From Candidatus Omnitrophota bacterium (GTDB taxonomy: Bacteria > Omnitrophota > JACPQZ01): a DNA stretch of 64,000 bases. Location: contig JACPQZ010000076.1 of the NCBI GenBank assembly GCA_016190205.1, positions 4,632 through 68,631 on the forward strand, in the 5' to 3' direction. A program made the translations under genes and the position numbers. This document shows, piece after piece, positions 46,198 through 57,003 of this stretch. Below the pieces are notes generated by a model. The model saw only the letters and a list, made by a program, of their open reading frames with translations, was not told the DNA's origin and ran no database searches. How positions within the stretch are numbered: the first letter of the stretch is position 1; each line of letters starts with the position of its first letter.

Positions 46198-47754
46198 TTA
46201 AATATCGAAATACAGGTGGAACTCGTACGGGACCGGGCGGGTATTGACGGCCGCGATCTCGCGCTCCCTCTTGTACTCGAGCCACACATCAATCACATCC
46301 TGGGTGAAAACCCCTCCCTCTTTGAGGAAGTCCTGGTCTTTCTCCAGGGCGTTCAAGGACTGTTCGAGGGAACCCGGGACCTGCCGGACCTTCTTCGCCT
46401 CTGCGGGCGAAAGGTCGTAGAGGTCCTTATCAACCGGCTCTCCCGGTTCCAGTTTTCTGCGTATTCCGTCTAAGCCGGCCATGAGACAGGCCGAAAAAGC
46501 GAGATACGGGTTGCACGACGGATCAGGGCAGCGGAACTCGATGCGCTTGGCCCTGGGGTTTTTCGAATAGACTGGTATGCGGATGGCCGCGCTGCGGTTC
46601 CTCTGCGAATACATGAGGTTCACCGGGGCCTCGTAACCAGGCACCAGCCTCTTGTACGAATTCGTGGTCGGGGCGCAGAAGGCCATCAGGGCATCGGCGT
46701 GCTTCAAGAGCCCGCCGATGTACCAGCGGGCCGTCTGGCTCAAAAGACCGTAACCTTTCGGATCATAAAAGAGGTTACGGCCTTCCTTCCACAAGCTCTG
46801 GTGCACGTGCATGCCGCTTCCGTTGTCGCCAAAAATGGGCTTCGGCATGAACGTCGCCACCTTGTTGTACTTGCGGCACACGTTCTTCACCACGTACTTG
46901 TACATCATGAGGTTATCCGCCATGCGCACGAGCGTCGTGAATCTCATGTCGATCTCGGCCTGGCCGGGGCTTCCGACCTCATGATGCTGGACCTCGATGG
47001 GCACCCCGGTCTTGATGAGCGTGAGTATTATCTCGCTCCTTAAATCCTGCTGTGAATCATGCGGGGGCACGGGGAAGTAGCCTTCTTTGTAACGGCACTT
47101 GTAGCCTAAGTTCGGATTTTCCACCCTGCCGGTGTTCCACTGGCCTTCAATACTGTCGACGAAATAGGAGGCCGTGTTCTCTTTCTGCTCGAAGCGCACA
47201 TCGTCAAAGATGTAGAACTCCGCCTCGGGGCCCCAATAGCTGGTTGTGGCAATGCCCGTTTTAATGAGATACTGCTCCGCCTTTTCGGCGATAAAACGGG
47301 GGTCCCGCGAATACGCCTGACGGGTAACGGGATCGTAGATGTCGCAGATGATGCTCACGGTGGGAACGGTGCACACCGGATCGACCACCGCGGTCGAGGG
47401 ATCCGGGATCAGGATCATGTCGCTTTCCTGGATCTTTTGAAAGCCCCGGATGCTGGACCCGTCAAACCCTATGCCGTCCACCCAGATGCTCGTCTCGATG
47501 TCTTCAAAATGGGTGAGCTCCGACACGGGGATAGAAAAGTGCTGCCAAATCCCGGGCAGGTCATTAAATTTAAAATCCACGATCTGAATGTTGTTGTCCC
47601 GGATGAGTTTGGCCACCCGCTGGGCTTCCTGGGGGCTTGTGCCCTGCCGGACTCGGGATTTGCCCACTTGAATCACATCATTCAGCGGGGTCTCCGCGCG
47701 CCGGGACCGATTTCGTTTTTCTACGTCTAATACAGCACTCACACGTTTAGCCAT
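46198..47754 (-). CDS. glnA: Glutamine synthetase type I
   Basis: FDGSSI, HHEV, FMPKP..GDNGSGMH, PGYEAP, RIEFRCPD. Confidence 0.97.
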   Translation of the reverse strand: MAKRVSAVLDVEKRNRSRRAETPLNDVIQVGKSRVRQGTSPQEAQRVAKLIRDNNIQIVDFKFNDLPGIWQHFSIPVSELTHFEDIETSIWVDGIGFDGSSIRGFQKIQESDMILIPDPSTAVVDPVCTVPTVSIICDIYDPVTRQAYSRDPRFIAEKAEQYLIKTGIATTSYWGPEAEFYIFDDVRFEQKENTASYFVDSIEGQWNTGRVENPNLGYKCRYKEGYFPVPPHDSQQDLRSEIILTLIKTGVPIEVQHHEVGSPGQAEIDMRFTTLVRMADNLMMYKYVVKNVCRKYNKVATFMPKPIFGDNGSGMHVHQSLWKEGRNLFYDPKGYGLLSQTARWYIGGLLKHADALMAFCAPTTNSYKRLVPGYEAPVNLMYSQRNRSAAIRIPVYSKNPRAKRIEFRCPDPSCNPYLAFSACLMAGLDGIRRKLEPGEPVDKDLYDLSPAEAKKVRQVPGSLEQSLNALEKDQDFLKEGGVFTQDVIDVWLEYKREREIAAVNTRPVPYEFHLYFDI

Positions 47755-48036
47755 GCTACTTCCTTTCCTTTTTTATTGCCTTGCGAAGCCGCCACCGCGA
47801 ACCTTAACCCTGTGGATCACCTTGGAGAAACTCACATCCGGGGCAAAACGGAGGAATTTCCAGAATTTCTGCAACACGTAATGTTAACACAGGTTACGGC
47901 AACAAGTCAACTTAAAAATTCCTGACACAAGTGGCGCGAAGGTTGCCTATGAACCTGTTACACAATAAGTTACACAAACGAACCGCCCGCATGTGAAGGT
48001 CCCCCTCTCGCGGGGCGCTCTTGAGTCCCAGATAAG

Positions 48037-48051
48037 GCAATCACCATGCCA
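48037..48051 (-). promoter_or_regulatory. Sigma54 -24/-12 promoter upstream of glnA
   Basis: TGGCAT-GGTGA-TTGC matches TGGCAC-N5-TTGC; adjacent to a sigma54 activator. Confidence 0.7.
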
Positions 48052-48103
48052 ACCGGTACAAGGCGTGGGCATGACGCGGGTCACGGTTCACAGAACAAAA
48101 GTG

Positions 48104-49675
48104 TCAGATGGAACTGACAATTTTGTATTTTTTGGCCTTGTAACCTAAAATGCGTTCCGTGATGCCCAGCATCTTCGCCGCGCGGCTTTGATTTCCCCGG
48201 CTCGTGTTTAAGGCTTCCTGGATGAGCCGGGCCTCCAAAGCCTTTACAGAATCCGTCAGACTCAACCGGCCCGCGTTCCCCTCATGAAACCGTTCCTCGG
48301 CATAGTGCGGCACAACCTTATGCCTTATGTTGGAGGGTAAATCCCTCCTGCGGACGACGTGACCCTCCGCCATCACCACCGCCCGCTCCATGCAGTTTTC
48401 GAGCTCTCTGACGTTTCCAGGCCAGGGGTAGGTGATGAGGACATCCATTGCGTCCTGGGCCGGGCGCTCTACCGCCTTCCCATGTTCCTTCCCGGAGCGG
48501 CTGATAAAGTAATCGACGAGCTCCGGGATATCCTCCCTGCGCTCCCTTAAAGGCGGAAGGTAGATGGTGATGACGTTCAGGCGGTAGTAGAGATCCTCTC
48601 GGAACCGTTTCTCCCGCACCTCCTGATCGAGGGGACGGTTGGTGGCCGCTATGATGCGCACGTCCACCTTGATGGTCTCGGTCCCTCCCACCCGCTCAAA
48701 TTCGCGCTCCTGCAGCACCCGCAGCATCTTCACTTGGGCGGCCAGCGTGAGATCCCCTACCTCGTCCAGAAAAAGGGTCCCCCCATGGGCGAGTTCGAAA
48801 CGACCGGGTTTTCTGGCGAGGGCCCCCGTGAACGCCCCCTTTTCGTAACCGAAGAGTTCGCTCTCGAGGAGGGTCTCGGGGATCGACGCTGCGCTTATTC
48901 TGACAAAGGGTCCGTCCGAGCGCGGGCTCATGTAATGGAGGGCGCGTGCAATAAGCTCCTTTCCCGTTCCGCTCTCTCCTAAAAGCAGCACGGTAGCCTT
49001 GGAGCGGGCGCATTGATGGACGACGCGAAAGACGTCCTGCATGGCGCGGCTGGACCCTATGATGTTCTCGACATGGTAGCGGGTCTTGAGCTGCCGGCGG
49101 AGATCTGTATTTTCTTCTTCCAACCTGACGTGCTCCGTACGGACCTGCTGCCTCAAACGGACCGCCTGGGCGATCATAGAGGCGATGGTCGCAAGGAGGC
49201 GAACGTCCTCCTGCAGAGACACGGGCTGCTCAAAGAGCCTGTCCACGCTTAGGGCCCCAATCGTCTTACCGGCATATTTGATCGGAACACAGATGAAGGC
49301 GATGGTCTGCCGGGAGAGATCTCCGCGGGACCGCGTCCGGTTTAGGAAAAGGGGTTCCTTCCCGATGTTGGGGATTGCGATCGGTTCGCCCGCCTCCACC
49401 ACCTTGCCCGTGATCCCCTCGCCCAGCTTATACCGGCCCCGCCGCATTTGCCGCCGGTCCATGCCCTTGGCCGCCTCGATCATGATCTTCTGGGTCTGGG
49501 GGTCCAAGAGCGTGAGTGTTCCGCGCTCCATGCCCATTTCCCGGGCGAGGATATCCAGCACCGAGCGCAGGACATCGAGCTCAAGCGAGGAGGCCAGGGC
49601 CTGGCTGATTGAATGCAGGACATTGAGCTCTTTAAGCCCCTGGCGTAACTCGCCGTTCTTAAGATGATCGGTCAT
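48104..49675 (-). CDS. NifA-like sigma54 enhancer-binding protein (GAF-AAA+-HTH)
   Basis: [31 protein letters not shown], Fis HTH; the track's 5' extension comes from repeats. Confidence 0.9.
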   Translation of the reverse strand: MTDHLKNGELRQGLKELNVLHSISQALASSLELDVLRSVLDILAREMGMERGTLTLLDPQTQKIMIEAAKGMDRRQMRRGRYKLGEGITGKVVEAGEPIAIPNIGKEPLFLNRTRSRGDLSRQTIAFICVPIKYAGKTIGALSVDRLFEQPVSLQEDVRLLATIASMIAQAVRLRQQVRTEHVRLEEENTDLRRQLKTRYHVENIIGSSRAMQDVFRVVHQCARSKATVLLLGESGTGKELIARALHYMSPRSDGPFVRISAASIPETLLESELFGYEKGAFTGALARKPGRFELAHGGTLFLDEVGDLTLAAQVKMLRVLQEREFERVGGTETIKVDVRIIAATNRPLDQEVREKRFREDLYYRLNVITIYLPPLRERREDIPELVDYFISRSGKEHGKAVERPAQDAMDVLITYPWPGNVRELENCMERAVVMAEGHVVRRRDLPSNIRHKVVPHYAEERFHEGNAGRLSLTDSVKALEARLIQEALNTSRGNQSRAAKMLGITERILGYKAKKYKIVSSI

Positions 49676-49696
49676 TTTAACCTTAAATAACTCTGT

Positions 49697-50006
49697 CCGT
49701 GATTCGTGTTTCGTGATTCGTGAAACGTAGTTGACGACTTGAGTAACCAGAAACCAGCAACCAGATACCAGAAGATTCCAGAGACCAGATACCAGAGTGA
49801 TACGATAAAATTCGAAATACGAAACTCGAAGCACGAAGCAAATTCGAATGACCGAAATTCAAAACTCGAAAACGGTTGTTTTGAATTTCTGATTTCGAAT
49901 TTCTAACTTGCTTCTAATTTCGATCTTCGAATTTCGTATTTTTTCTGGTTACTGGTATCTGGTATCTGGTTTCTTTTTTTCACGATTCACGATCAACGAT
50001 CCACGA
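49697..50006. repeat. Three-level nested inverted heptamer arrays
   Basis: (TCGTGAT)n[(ACCAGAT)n[(TCGAAAT)n..(ATTTCGA)n](TCTGGTA)n](TTCACGA)n. Confidence 0.85.
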
Positions 50007-50008
50007 AC

Positions 50009-50824
50009 CTACACTGCGACAATGCACACTCCCCGGGTGTCGGCTTCACAAAGCACCCGCTCACGTTCCAGGATGAGGGTCTCACCCGCCTCAATGGCGA
50101 GGACGCCTGTTTGGGCGTCGGCGAGCGCCTGAACTGTCTTTAGACCGATACAGGGAACATCAAATCGCACATCCTGTTTCGCCTTGCTTACCTTGACGAT
50201 AACGATCCCCGGGCCCGCCACCTGAAAGGCGCGGCGGATCATGTCATCCGTTCCCTCCATGGCCTCCACCGCGACCACGGCCTTGGCCTTTACAGCCACT
50301 GCCTGTCCGACATCCAGGGCAGAGACCTTTTTGGCCAACTCGAACCCAAAGCGGATGTCCGCTTCCTGCTCCGGTGATGGGTTTCTCCGCGTCAAAACCC
50401 CCCTCGATGGGATGAGATCGCTCAAGTACGTCTTTGAGCTCAAGAGGGTAAGGCCCTTCCTGGCCAGATATTTGGCGACAGCCTTGAGCAGGGTGTCCGC
50501 CCGCTTATCCGGCGCCGTAGCCAAGATGAAGGCGAGGGCCGGATCGGGTTTAAAACCTGAAAAGAGTTTTTTATGTTTTATCTGCCCGGCCATCACAACA
50601 TCCGTGACCCCCTCGGACTTCAAATATTCTGTCAGGCGTTCGAGATCCGTGACCTCGATCCAGTGTACCTTGTCTGCGAGCTCCTCGATGCCGCTCTCGG
50701 TCTCACCCCGCACAGCGACCGCCACCACCCGATGGCCGCGCTCCCGCGCCTTGCCCGCAAAAATCAGCGGGTATTGGCCGTTTCCGGCGATCAAACCGAT
50801 CGTTTTAGGAGCTACTTTTTGCAT
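50009..50824 (-). CDS. lpxI: UDP-2,3-diacylglucosamine diphosphatase
   Basis: GLIAGNG, DVGQAV, EAMEGTD, QDVRFDVP. Confidence 0.92.
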   Translation of the reverse strand: MQKVAPKTIGLIAGNGQYPLIFAGKARERGHRVVAVAVRGETESGIEELADKVHWIEVTDLERLTEYLKSEGVTDVVMAGQIKHKKLFSGFKPDPALAFILATAPDKRADTLLKAVAKYLARKGLTLLSSKTYLSDLIPSRGVLTRRNPSPEQEADIRFGFELAKKVSALDVGQAVAVKAKAVVAVEAMEGTDDMIRRAFQVAGPGIVIVKVSKAKQDVRFDVPCIGLKTVQALADAQTGVLAIEAGETLILERERVLCEADTRGVCIVAV

Positions 50825-50830
50825 GCGTGT

Positions 50831-50903
50831 GTGATTCGGGATCCGGGAAGCGGGAACAGGGAACCGCCACCGCTTCCCGCTTCCCGTTTCCCGGTTCCCG
50901 AAC
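50831..50903. repeat. Inverted heptamer arrays (CGGGAAG / TTCCCGC)
   Basis: cgggatc cgggaag cgggaac agggaac ... ttcccgc ttcccgt ttcccgg ttcccga. Confidence 0.8.
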
Positions 50904-50910
50904 CGTCGTT

Positions 50911-51699
50911 TTACTTTGTTATTCCCCGCTCGGACTCTCGGATGAAGCGGACGAGGTGGGTCAATTCGGGGTACGAAGCGAGCTCTTTTTCGATGCGGGC
51001 AAGCGCTTGCGTGACCGCTAAATCAGAACGGTACAGGAGCCGGTGAGCCTTTTTGAGTTCATCTCGACAACGGGGCTCCAAACCAGCGCGCTCGAGACCC
51101 AGCCGGTTGATGCCAAAGACCTTCACCGGGTGGCCATCGGCCATCATAAAGGGGGGGATATCCTTGACCAGTTTGGAAAAGCCCCCGATGATGGAAAGGC
51201 GCCCCACGCGCACGAACTGATGGATTCCGACCATTCCGCCCACGATGGCCTGGGATTCTATCGTGACATGCCCCCCCATGGTAACCGCATTGGCAATAAT
51301 AACGCCGTCTTCGATCCTGCAATCATGGGCGATATGGGCGTAGGCCATGATGAGATTCCGGTCCCCGATAAACGTCTCGCTTTCTTCGCCCGTGGCCGTA
51401 TGCACGGTGACATATTCCCGGACCGTGTTTTGGTCTCCGATTCTTACGCGCGTGACCCCGCCCCTGTATTTGAGGTCCTGGGAGCGGGTCCCGATGACCG
51501 CACCCGGGTAGATCTCACAGCGCTCGCCGATTTCCGTATAGCCGTCCAGGACCACGTGCGACATCAGGCGGGTCCCCGGCCCTATCGTGACGTGTTCCCC
51601 AACCACGCAGTAGGGACCTACGTCGACACCTTCGCCTATCTGGGCCTTGGGATGGACACACGCGGTGGGGTGAATCTGGACCGTATAATTCGTTGCCAT
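50911..51699 (-). CDS. lpxA: UDP-N-acetylglucosamine acyltransferase
   Basis: Hexapeptide repeats, QDLKY, HIAHDC, IHQFVR. Confidence 0.95.
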   Translation of the reverse strand: MATNYTVQIHPTACVHPKAQIGEGVDVGPYCVVGEHVTIGPGTRLMSHVVLDGYTEIGERCEIYPGAVIGTRSQDLKYRGGVTRVRIGDQNTVREYVTVHTATGEESETFIGDRNLIMAYAHIAHDCRIEDGVIIANAVTMGGHVTIESQAIVGGMVGIHQFVRVGRLSIIGGFSKLVKDIPPFMMADGHPVKVFGINRLGLERAGLEPRCRDELKKAHRLLYRSDLAVTQALARIEKELASYPELTHLVRFIRESERGITK

Positions 51700-51711
51700 G
51701 GACTTGGGTTT

Positions 51712-53028
51712 TTAGGCATCCACCAGGCTGAACATGAGTCTCGCCTCCGCCACCACCTTATTCCCGACCTTGGCCACACCCTCGGTCAGCGTGGTGCGAG
51801 ACTTAATCTTCAAGACGTTCACTTCCAGGATAAGCTCATCCCCCGGGAGTACCGTCCTCCTGAACTTCGCCCGCTCGATGCTCATGAAATACGCAATCTT
51901 CTTTAAGTTCTCCTGGCGCGAGAGCATGAGGATCCCGCTCACCTGCGCCAAGGCCTCTACGATCAAGACGCCCGGCATGACCGGATGGCCCGGAAAATGG
52001 CCGCCGAAATAGGCTTCGTCCGCTAGCACATGCTTGACCCCAACTGCCCGCTTGTTGGGAATAAACTCAACCACCTCGTCGACAAAGAGAAAAGGTTGGC
52101 GATGAGGAATAATGCGCTCGATCTCTGTCTGTCCCATCACTGTTCCTTCAGAGAGAGGTTCCTGTACCACACTGGCGACCCCGGCGGCGCCGTCGCGCAC
52201 GGCCTGCCGTTTGATTCGCTGGATGAGCGCAATATTGAGAGAGTGTCCGCTCCTCACGGCGATGACATGACCCTTTAGATGCATCCCCAGGAGATACAAA
52301 TCCCCGATGAGATCCAGGATTTTATGCCGCACAAATTCATCCTGAAAGCGCAGCTCGTTGCGGATCACCCCCTCCGGGCCCACCACCAGGGTATTGTCGA
52401 AATCAGCCCCCTTCCCTAGGCCCTTTTCCCTTAAAAGCTGTCCTTCCGACTCCGTGCAGAACGTGCGGGCGGGCGCGATCTGGTTCACGAAGACGTCGTC
52501 CTTCAAGGTAAAGCTCGCGAATTGCGATTTCATTTCGGGGTGATCGAACATATAGCTCACCTTGAACGCATCATGCGGCAGAACGACAATGCTGGCATCT
52601 TGTTCCTGGATGTAAATCGGCTCTCGAACGGCGTAGACCTTGCGAGGCGCCTCCTGCTCCTGGTAACCGGCCTTGGCAAGCACCTGGGTAAATCCGAGCG
52701 CGCTTCCGTCCAGCCCGGGGAGTTCCTCCCCGTCTATCTCAATGATGATATTGTCAATCCGCAGTCCCACCAGGCACGCCATGAGATGCTCGATGGTGTG
52801 CACCTCATAGGAGTTCACGCCCACGGAAGAGCGGCGCGGCCTCTTATTGAGGTCGATCACATGGTAGATTTCGGCGGGGATGGAAGGTTTTTCAGGAAGG
52901 TCAGACCGGACGAAACGAACGCCCGACTGCGGGGGGGCTGGCTTGAAAACGCAGTTGACCGTCTTGCCTGTGTGCAGGCCGACCCCGGAGAGCCTAGCCG
53001 GCTTTTTTATTGTCCGCTGAGACTCCAC
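51712..53028 (-). CDS. lpxC-fabZ: Bifunctional LpxC / FabZ
   Basis: [21 protein letters not shown]; [20 protein letters not shown]; GTG start at 53028. Confidence 0.95.
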   Translation of the reverse strand: MESQRTIKKPARLSGVGLHTGKTVNCVFKPAPPQSGVRFVRSDLPEKPSIPAEIYHVIDLNKRPRRSSVGVNSYEVHTIEHLMACLVGLRIDNIIIEIDGEELPGLDGSALGFTQVLAKAGYQEQEAPRKVYAVREPIYIQEQDASIVVLPHDAFKVSYMFDHPEMKSQFASFTLKDDVFVNQIAPARTFCTESEGQLLREKGLGKGADFDNTLVVGPEGVIRNELRFQDEFVRHKILDLIGDLYLLGMHLKGHVIAVRSGHSLNIALIQRIKRQAVRDGAAGVASVVQEPLSEGTVMGQTEIERIIPHRQPFLFVDEVVEFIPNKRAVGVKHVLADEAYFGGHFPGHPVMPGVLIVEALAQVSGILMLSRQENLKKIAYFMSIERAKFRRTVLPGDELILEVNVLKIKSRTTLTEGVAKVGNKVVAEARLMFSLVDA

Positions 53029-54058
53029 CGAGCTTTCTCTCCAGACGTGCCACCTTGTCTTCCAAGGTGGAAAAAGACTTGAACATCTCGGGAAGCTTGG
53101 CCATGCAGGCGAAGATCCTCTTGGCCCGGTTAAAGGGCTTGGCCGGCTGGCCAAGGACACAGGCATTGTCGGGAACGGATTTGGTCACCCCGCTCTGTGC
53201 TGCGATGGTGACATTATCTCCGATGGTGATATGCCCCACGATGCCCGCCTGACCCGCCATCACCACGCCGTTTCCGACCGTAGTGCTCCCGCTGATACCG
53301 CACTGCGCGACGATGATGGAGTGCTCTCCAATCGTCACGTTATGCGCGATTTGAACCAGATTGTCAATCTTCGTCCCCCTCCCGATAAAGGTGGTGCCGA
53401 AACGGGCGCGATCAATCGTCACGTTGGAACCGATCTCCACGTCGTCGGAGAGAACCACGTTGCCGATTTGGGGGATCTTGTGATGCACGCCCTTGACCGT
53501 AGCAAAACCGAATCCGTCGCTCCCGATCACAGAGCCGGAATGAATGATGACGCGCGCCCCGATCTCGACATATTCCCGGATCGAGACGTTCGGATAAATC
53601 ACCGTTGCCTTACCGATCTTGGTGTGGTGGCCCACGTACACCCCCGCATACAGGATGACGTCATCGGCAATCTCGGCATAGTCATCCACTACCACGTAGG
53701 GCTGCATGGCTACGTTCTTCCCCAGCTTGACATGCTGGCCCAGAACTGCCGTCGAATGAATGCCCTTAGGCGTCACGGTCTCATTGGGAGCCAAGAGCGT
53801 GACGATGCGCGCAAAGGCAAGTGATGGATTTTCCGCGCGGATCAGGGAATGGTTGGGGATCGGCTCGAGATCTTCAGAAACAATGATGGCGGAGGCCTGC
53901 GTCGTATCGGCCAGGGGGACGTATTTGGGATTGGCCAGGAACGTGATATCCCCTTCCGAGGCTTCTTTAATACCGCTCACGCCCGTAATCACCGTATTGG
54001 GATCGCCGTCCACGCGGCCCCCGACGATTCGGGCGAGCTCCGAGAGGGTCTTTTTCAC
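52994..54058 (-). CDS. lpxD: UDP-3-O-acylglucosamine N-acyltransferase
   Basis: [18 protein letters not shown]. Confidence 0.96.
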   Translation of the reverse strand: MKKTLSELARIVGGRVDGDPNTVITGVSGIKEASEGDITFLANPKYVPLADTTQASAIIVSEDLEPIPNHSLIRAENPSLAFARIVTLLAPNETVTPKGIHSTAVLGQHVKLGKNVAMQPYVVVDDYAEIADDVILYAGVYVGHHTKIGKATVIYPNVSIREYVEIGARVIIHSGSVIGSDGFGFATVKGVHHKIPQIGNVVLSDDVEIGSNVTIDRARFGTTFIGRGTKIDNLVQIAHNVTIGEHSIIVAQCGISGSTTVGNGVVMAGQAGIVGHITIGDNVTIAAQSGVTKSVPDNACVLGQPAKPFNRAKRIFACMAKLPEMFKSFSTLEDKVARLERKLGGVSADNKKAG

Positions 54059-54582
54059 TGGACCCTCCTCTGGTACTGGTCATTCAAGATCGTAAGAATC
54101 TCATTCGTGACATCTACCTCGCCGCTGGAATACACGAGGGCCCGGCCATGGAAGATAATATCATACCCCTTGCTCTTGCCGTACGAATCGATGACCGCTT
54201 GAATCTCGGTCAGGATATCCTTGACCAGATTGTCGCGGCGCGACCGCAATTCCTCGCGCGCCTTGCGGTCAAACTCCTGGAGTTCCTTGATCTTGGCATC
54301 GATATCCTGCTGCTTGCCTTGGCGGTTGTCTTGGGCCAGGAGCTCCAGCTCGTCCTTCAAGCGGCGCACCTCTTGAACCACCTTATCGCGCTCCTTCTGC
54401 TTGGCCTGGCCTTCCTGCTCCAGATCGGCGTCGGCCTCCTGGGTCCTCTTATAATCGTCAAAGAGCTTGGCAATATCCACGTATCCCATCTTGAGCCCGT
54501 CCTCGCGGGCATCGGCATGAGAGGGCGGCGCCAGGGTCCCGCAGGCCGTAAGGAGAATGACTGTCATCATTTTGAAACGCAT
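54055..54582 (-). CDS. skp: Skp/OmpH periplasmic chaperone
   Basis: KMGYVD, coiled coil, DVTNEIL; between bamA and lpxD. Confidence 0.9.
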   Translation of the reverse strand: MRFKMMTVILLTACGTLAPPSHADAREDGLKMGYVDIAKLFDDYKRTQEADADLEQEGQAKQKERDKVVQEVRRLKDELELLAQDNRQGKQQDIDAKIKELQEFDRKAREELRSRRDNLVKDILTEIQAVIDSYGKSKGYDIIFHGRALVYSSGEVDVTNEILTILNDQYQRRVQ

Positions 54583-54596
54583 CTCACACCTCCGTG

Positions 54597-56894
54597 CTAA
54601 AATCCGCGCTCGATATCAAAGTAAAACCGGCCCTTGTCGTTTTCCTCGCCTTCCGGCAGATCCAGCGGAAAACCATAATCGATCCGCACAGGACCAATAG
54701 GCGTCTTAATCCGAATGCCCGCACCTACACCTTCGCGCAGATCCGTGATGTTAAAGTCGTAACTTTCGCGAAAAACGTTTCCGGTGTCAAAAAAGACCGC
54801 CCCTTTGATCAAATCCTCCACCAGGGGAATGGTGTATTCGGCATTGGCGATGATCAGGGTGTTTCCGCCGATGGGGTCACCCCCGTCGATGGGACCTAAG
54901 CGCCGGTAGTTATACCCGCGAACGGTACTGGAGCCCCCCGCGAAGAAACGCTCATACACGGGGACCCGGTCGCTCGCGCCGAATTCCTCGGCGATGCCGA
55001 GCCTGAAGCGCAGATCCAGGACATGGTCCGTGAAAAAGGGGAAATACTTTCGCGCATCCAGCTGGAGCTTGTAGAAATCCTTGTCTCCACCCAGAAAACT
55101 GCCGAAGAGGCCCCCCTCCAGGGATACAACGTTTCCCGTGCTGGGCACAAAACGGTTATCCGTCGTATTGTGTGTAAGATCCAGGCTTAAGGCGCTTACC
55201 TGGGCCTTACCCTCTTCCGCCCGGATGTCCGCGGAGGCGTCCTCCGAAAGATCGGTCACGTCGATCTCCTGAAATGTGTAGTTCAAGCGGGCCGTATCGT
55301 ACTCCGTAAACTCTTTTCCGAGGCGGAGCGTCCCCCCCAGCCGTTCCTCATCATAGTCTTCGCGCACATACGTCCGGCTGAAGAGATCGACCCCGAAAGA
55401 GAAGGGATAACCCAGCATCCACGGCTCCGTAAAATTGAACTCGAAATCCTGGAAAACGGACCCCGCCTCGGCCCGCAGGCGGACTCTTTGACCCCCTCCC
55501 ACGAAATGGGGCCAGTCGGTCAAATCAAAATTGCGCTGGATCACGTCTACGAACCCGACAAACCGCTGCGAGGTGCTGAAACCCGCCCCAAACGTAAACT
55601 CGCCTGTCTTGCGCTCCTTTACGTTGATGACTAGATCGTTCGTGTCGGGGGCCCGGCCGGGTTCGGTATCATACGTGACCTCTTCAAAATAGCCGAGATT
55701 GACGAGCCTCTGCTGGCTCCGTTTGAGTTTCTCACCGTCAAAGCGGTCGCCCGGTTTCAGCCGCATTTCCCGCCGGATGACATGGTCTTTCGTACGGTCA
55801 TTGCCCGTGATCCGTATTTGATCAACAAAGGCCAGATTGTTTTCGGTGATCCGGTACGAGACGGCGACCACCTGCCCGGTCTCGTCCAGACGCGTATCGG
55901 CGGCCACGCCGGCGTTCACATAACCCCTCTCAAAATAGTAGGCCTGGATCTTGTTCAGGTCATCGCGCAGGTGAAAGCGGCTGAAAGGAGCCCCCTGCGA
56001 CATGGACGTGTGGGACAGGATGTCGGAGGACGGGAAAAGGACATTCCCCTTGACCTCCACCGGCCCGGTCAGATACTGGCTGCCCTCGTCCACGGCAATA
56101 ACGATATACATGTGCGACTTGCGCTCACCCAAGTCATAGTGAAAAGAAGGGGTCACTTCTACATCCGCGTACCCCTTCTGCCAATACTTATATTTTATTC
56201 TTTCGAGGTCCACCTCAAACGCATCTTCGTCCAGGATGCCGGACGTGAACAAGGTGTCCCGCCGCGTCTGGATGGCCTTAAGGAGCTCTTTATCCGAAAA
56301 GACGGAATTGCCTGTCACAAATATCTTCCGGATCTTAAGCTTGCCTCCTTCTTGAATGGTCACATACACCGTGGAGCGGTTGCGGTCTGGGTCGGTGTCG
56401 ATCTCATACTCTACGGTAGCCAGCTGGTACCCTTTCTCGGCGTACAAAGAACGAACGGCCTTGATGCCCGACTTAAGCCCGCGCTCATCCAGCGGCTCGC
56501 CCACCACTGATTTAAACTGATCGCGAATCTGGCGCGTGCCCAACGCCTTATTGCCCTCTATCACGATTTCCTCAAGACGGCTTTTTTCTTCAACCGTAAA
56601 GAGGACATGCACGCCCTCGTCATCCTGTTCCGTCTCCACCCGGACATCGGAGAAAAAACCGCTGGCGTACAGGCGTTTGATGTCCTCATTCAGGACATCT
56701 TGATCAAAGATCAGGCCCGGACGGGTCTTGACCTTGGCGAGCACCGTAACGCTGCTGACTTCACGGTTGCCCCGCACCTCTACCGATTTGACCGCTGCGC
56801 CCGCTTCATCAGCAAAGGTCTCCAAGACGCCGTAACCACCCGCAAGCCATAGAAATGCACAGATGCCGAACGCGATTCTCTTGGGTATGGTCAC
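54597..56894 (-). CDS. bamA: Outer membrane protein assembly factor
   Basis: POTRA repeats, VRGY, TPIGPVRIDYG, terminal F. Confidence 0.95.
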   Translation of the reverse strand: MTIPKRIAFGICAFLWLAGGYGVLETFADEAGAAVKSVEVRGNREVSSVTVLAKVKTRPGLIFDQDVLNEDIKRLYASGFFSDVRVETEQDDEGVHVLFTVEEKSRLEEIVIEGNKALGTRQIRDQFKSVVGEPLDERGLKSGIKAVRSLYAEKGYQLATVEYEIDTDPDRNRSTVYVTIQEGGKLKIRKIFVTGNSVFSDKELLKAIQTRRDTLFTSGILDEDAFEVDLERIKYKYWQKGYADVEVTPSFHYDLGERKSHMYIVIAVDEGSQYLTGPVEVKGNVLFPSSDILSHTSMSQGAPFSRFHLRDDLNKIQAYYFERGYVNAGVAADTRLDETGQVVAVSYRITENNLAFVDQIRITGNDRTKDHVIRREMRLKPGDRFDGEKLKRSQQRLVNLGYFEEVTYDTEPGRAPDTNDLVINVKERKTGEFTFGAGFSTSQRFVGFVDVIQRNFDLTDWPHFVGGGQRVRLRAEAGSVFQDFEFNFTEPWMLGYPFSFGVDLFSRTYVREDYDEERLGGTLRLGKEFTEYDTARLNYTFQEIDVTDLSEDASADIRAEEGKAQVSALSLDLTHNTTDNRFVPSTGNVVSLEGGLFGSFLGGDKDFYKLQLDARKYFPFFTDHVLDLRFRLGIAEEFGASDRVPVYERFFAGGSSTVRGYNYRRLGPIDGGDPIGGNTLIIANAEYTIPLVEDLIKGAVFFDTGNVFRESYDFNITDLREGVGAGIRIKTPIGPVRIDYGFPLDLPEGEENDKGRFYFDIERGF

Positions 56895-57003
56895 ACCCTC
56901 CCGACAAGGAGGTAAGTAAAATAATTGGGTCAGTTTAACACAAGACCCTTGGGTTTGTAAACTCCGAGCTACAACATATTGCAAATATTGTATGTTTCTT
57001 CCC

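Noticed and set aside
47755-48030. Glutamine riboswitch in the glnA leader
   Set aside because: I could not recognise the glnA-motif consensus by eye. An Rfam/Infernal scan would be needed.
48104-49675. Evidence of nitrogen fixation
   Set aside because: Only a NifA-like regulator is present, with no nitrogenase genes in the window.
49676-49834. N-terminal extensions in the ORF track (NifA-like; also rplY 61437-61559, prs, lpxC, bamA)
   Set aside because: They translate heptamer repeats or overlap upstream genes. Downstream starts fit the family N-termini better.
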